Shown here in pieces: positions 22,414 through 24,000 of a stretch of 24,000 nucleotides of DNA (the first letter of the stretch is position 1; every line of letters starts with the position of its first letter). The notes beneath the pieces were generated by a model. The model did not search any database and had not been told where the DNA came from. It saw only the letters and a program-made list of their open reading frames with translations. Source of the DNA: Candidatus Limnocylindrales bacterium (GTDB taxonomy: Bacteria; Chloroflexota; Limnocylindria; Limnocylindrales; CSP1-4); NCBI GenBank assembly GCA_036002525.1, contig DASYTG010000030.1, forward strand, positions 44,737-68,736, read 5' to 3'. The translations under genes were made by a program, and so were the position numbers.

Positions 22414-24000
22414 GTGACCCTCCGTCTCCGAAACACCCTCAGCCGCCGCGTCGAGCCGGTCGAACCGCTCGAGCCGGGCCGTGTCCGGATGTACACCTGC
22501 GGCCCGACGGTCTATCGCTTCGCCCACGTCGGCAACCTCCGGACGTTCCTCCTCGCCGACTTCATCCGGCGCACGCTCCTCTACCACGGCGTGGAGATCT
22601 TCCACGTCCAGAACATCACCGACGTCGGCCACATGCGCGACGAGCGCTTCGATCGAGGCGAGGACCGGATGCTCGTCGCGGCCGGCCTGGAGGGCCGCTC
22701 GACCGCCGAGATCGCGGATGCGTACGAGGCGGCGTTCCACGCCGACGAAGCGGCGATCAACATCCTGCCCGCGCACGTGTTCCCGCGGGCGACCGAGCAC
22801 ATCGCCGAGATGGTCGACCTCGCCGAGCGGCTCGTCGATGGCGGCTTCGCCTACGCCACCGACCATCGCAACGTGTACTACTCGGTCGCGGCGTTCGAGG
22901 ACTACGGCCGCCTCTCCGGTAACACCCTGGCCGACCTGCGGGCCGGTCACCGCGGCCACGTCGAGCACGACAAGCGCGATCCGGCCGACTTCGCGCTGTG
23001 GAAGGCCGCCGGCGAGGGAAGGGCGCTGAAGTGGTCGACGGCCCGCTGGGGCGAGGGCTTCCCGGGCTGGCACCTCGAGTGCTCCGCCATGGCCCTCCGC
23101 CACCTCGGTCCCCACTTCGACATCCACACCGGCGGCATCGACAACGTCTTTCCCCACCACGAGGATGAGATCGCCCAGTCGGCGCCGATCGTGGGCGGGC
23201 CGCCGGCACGGCTGTGGGTCCACGGCGCCCACCTGCTGATGGCCGGCCGGAAGATGGCCAAGTCGGCCGGCAACTTCCAGCGGATCACCGACCTGGCCGG
23301 CGAGGGACGCGACCCGCTCGCGTTCCGCTACCTCTGCCTCACCTCCCGCTACGCCCGAAAGCTCAACTACTCGGACGACTCGATCGCCGGCGCGGCGGTC
23401 GCCCTCGAGTCCCTCCGCGCCCGGCTGCGCGGCCTCGGACCGCCGCCCGGCGGCGGCCCGTGGGCAGCGCCGAGCGTCATCCGGGCCGAGCCCGCGGGTG
23501 ACCGGCCAATCGGGCGCGCCGACGGCGACGCCGGCCACGGCGGCGACGGTTCCGCGCTGCCGCGCGTAGATCGCGCCCACGCTCCCGCCGCGCCGCTGTC
23601 CGCCGCGGGCCGGCGGCTCCACGACCGGTTCGTCGAGGCGCTGGACGACGATCTCGACCTGCCGGCGGCACTCGCGGTCACGCGCGAGGTGGCCCGGTCG
23701 TCGCTCGATCCGGACGAGCGGCGATGGTTGTTACTCGACGCAGACACCGTCCTGGGGCTAGGCCTGGATCGGGTCTGGGAAGGCCAGGACGCAGGCGGCG
23801 CCCGCGACGGAACCATCGGGAGCGACGAGCTGCCGGCCGGCGCGGCGGCCCTCATCGCCGAGCGCGCCGCGGCGCGCCAGGCGGGTGACTACGCCACGGC
23901 TGACGATCTCCGGACTCGGCTCGAGGCTCTCGGGCTCGAGCTCGAGGACCGATCAACCGGCACCGTCGTGCGGCGTATGCCGGCGGCCAGCCGGCGTTGA
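22414..24000 (+). CDS. cysS: Cysteine--tRNA ligase
   Basis: In-frame part of ORF 21652..24000(+). The GTG at 22414 follows GAGG at 7 nt. The N-terminus (M)TLRLRNTLSRRVEPVEP...MYTCGPTVY is typical. Motifs: HVGN (HIGH), WHLECSAM, FPHHEDEIAQS, KMAKS (KMSKS), ALDDDLDLPAAL. Stop TGA at 23998-24000. Confidence 0.92.
   Translation: MTLRLRNTLSRRVEPVEPLEPGRVRMYTCGPTVYRFAHVGNLRTFLLADFIRRTLLYHGVEIFHVQNITDVGHMRDERFDRGEDRMLVAAGLEGRSTAEIADAYEAAFHADEAAINILPAHVFPRATEHIAEMVDLAERLVDGGFAYATDHRNVYYSVAAFEDYGRLSGNTLADLRAGHRGHVEHDKRDPADFALWKAAGEGRALKWSTARWGEGFPGWHLECSAMALRHLGPHFDIHTGGIDNVFPHHEDEIAQSAPIVGGPPARLWVHGAHLLMAGRKMAKSAGNFQRITDLAGEGRDPLAFRYLCLTSRYARKLNYSDDSIAGAAVALESLRARLRGLGPPPGGGPWAAPSVIRAEPAGDRPIGRADGDAGHGGDGSALPRVDRAHAPAAPLSAAGRRLHDRFVEALDDDLDLPAALAVTREVARSSLDPDERRWLLLDADTVLGLGLDRVWEGQDAGGARDGTIGSDELPAGAAALIAERAAARQAGDYATADDLRTRLEALGLELEDRSTGTVVRRMPAASRR

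Noticed and set aside
22414-24000. The CysRS-like gene could be the mycothiol ligase MshC paralog.
   Set aside because: It has FPHHEDEIAQS and WHLECSAM as in true CysRS. It also retains the C-terminal DDDLDLP helical domain and the terminal RD.L...G motif region, which MshC lacks.
1-24000. I searched by eye for CRISPR-like regular repeats, long inverted repeats, transposase or integrase motifs, toxin-antitoxin pairs and phage genes.
   Set aside because: None were seen. The only repeats are short coding tandem repeats (the IF-3 tail, and a GT2 C-terminal GTEPG-type stretch).

Overview
Very GC-rich bacterial chromosomal window. Third codon positions are almost always G/C, so most long Arg/Pro/Gly-rich ORFs in the track are antisense shadows of real genes. 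I could not assign taxonomy; leaderless-type promoters, T-box use and DUF881 genes fit an actinobacterium-like or other high-GC Gram-positive-type lineage. From left to right: (1) A minus-strand translation cluster: tRNA-Val(GAC), a threonine T-box leader, thrS, a long structured spacer, infC, rpmI, rplT, pheS and pheT, then cvpA and the 5' end of an mpg-like glycosylase. (2) Two convergent small envelope proteins that the ORF track misses (54 aa two-TM, 46 aa lipoprotein). (3) A plus-strand pair of RNA methyltransferases, followed by a decayed FAD-disulfide oxidoreductase pseudogene that is frameshifted several times and truncated at its 3' end. (4) A run of nine tightly packed, mostly overlapping minus-strand genes: family-5 SBP, MA-clan metallopeptidase, DUF881, DUF881, DUF951, MFS, processive GT2 synthase, asparaginase and Amidohydro_3. 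(5) A divergent, complete cysS. I saw no rRNA, CRISPR array, transposase or integrase. The items most worth follow-up are the roughly 380 nt structured, G-tract-containing spacer between thrS and infC, the nine-gene envelope/division-like operon of unknown function, the IF3 with a non-AUG start and long PAKE-rich tail, and the small unannotated ORFs. All functional calls come from motif recognition by eye; no database search was possible.
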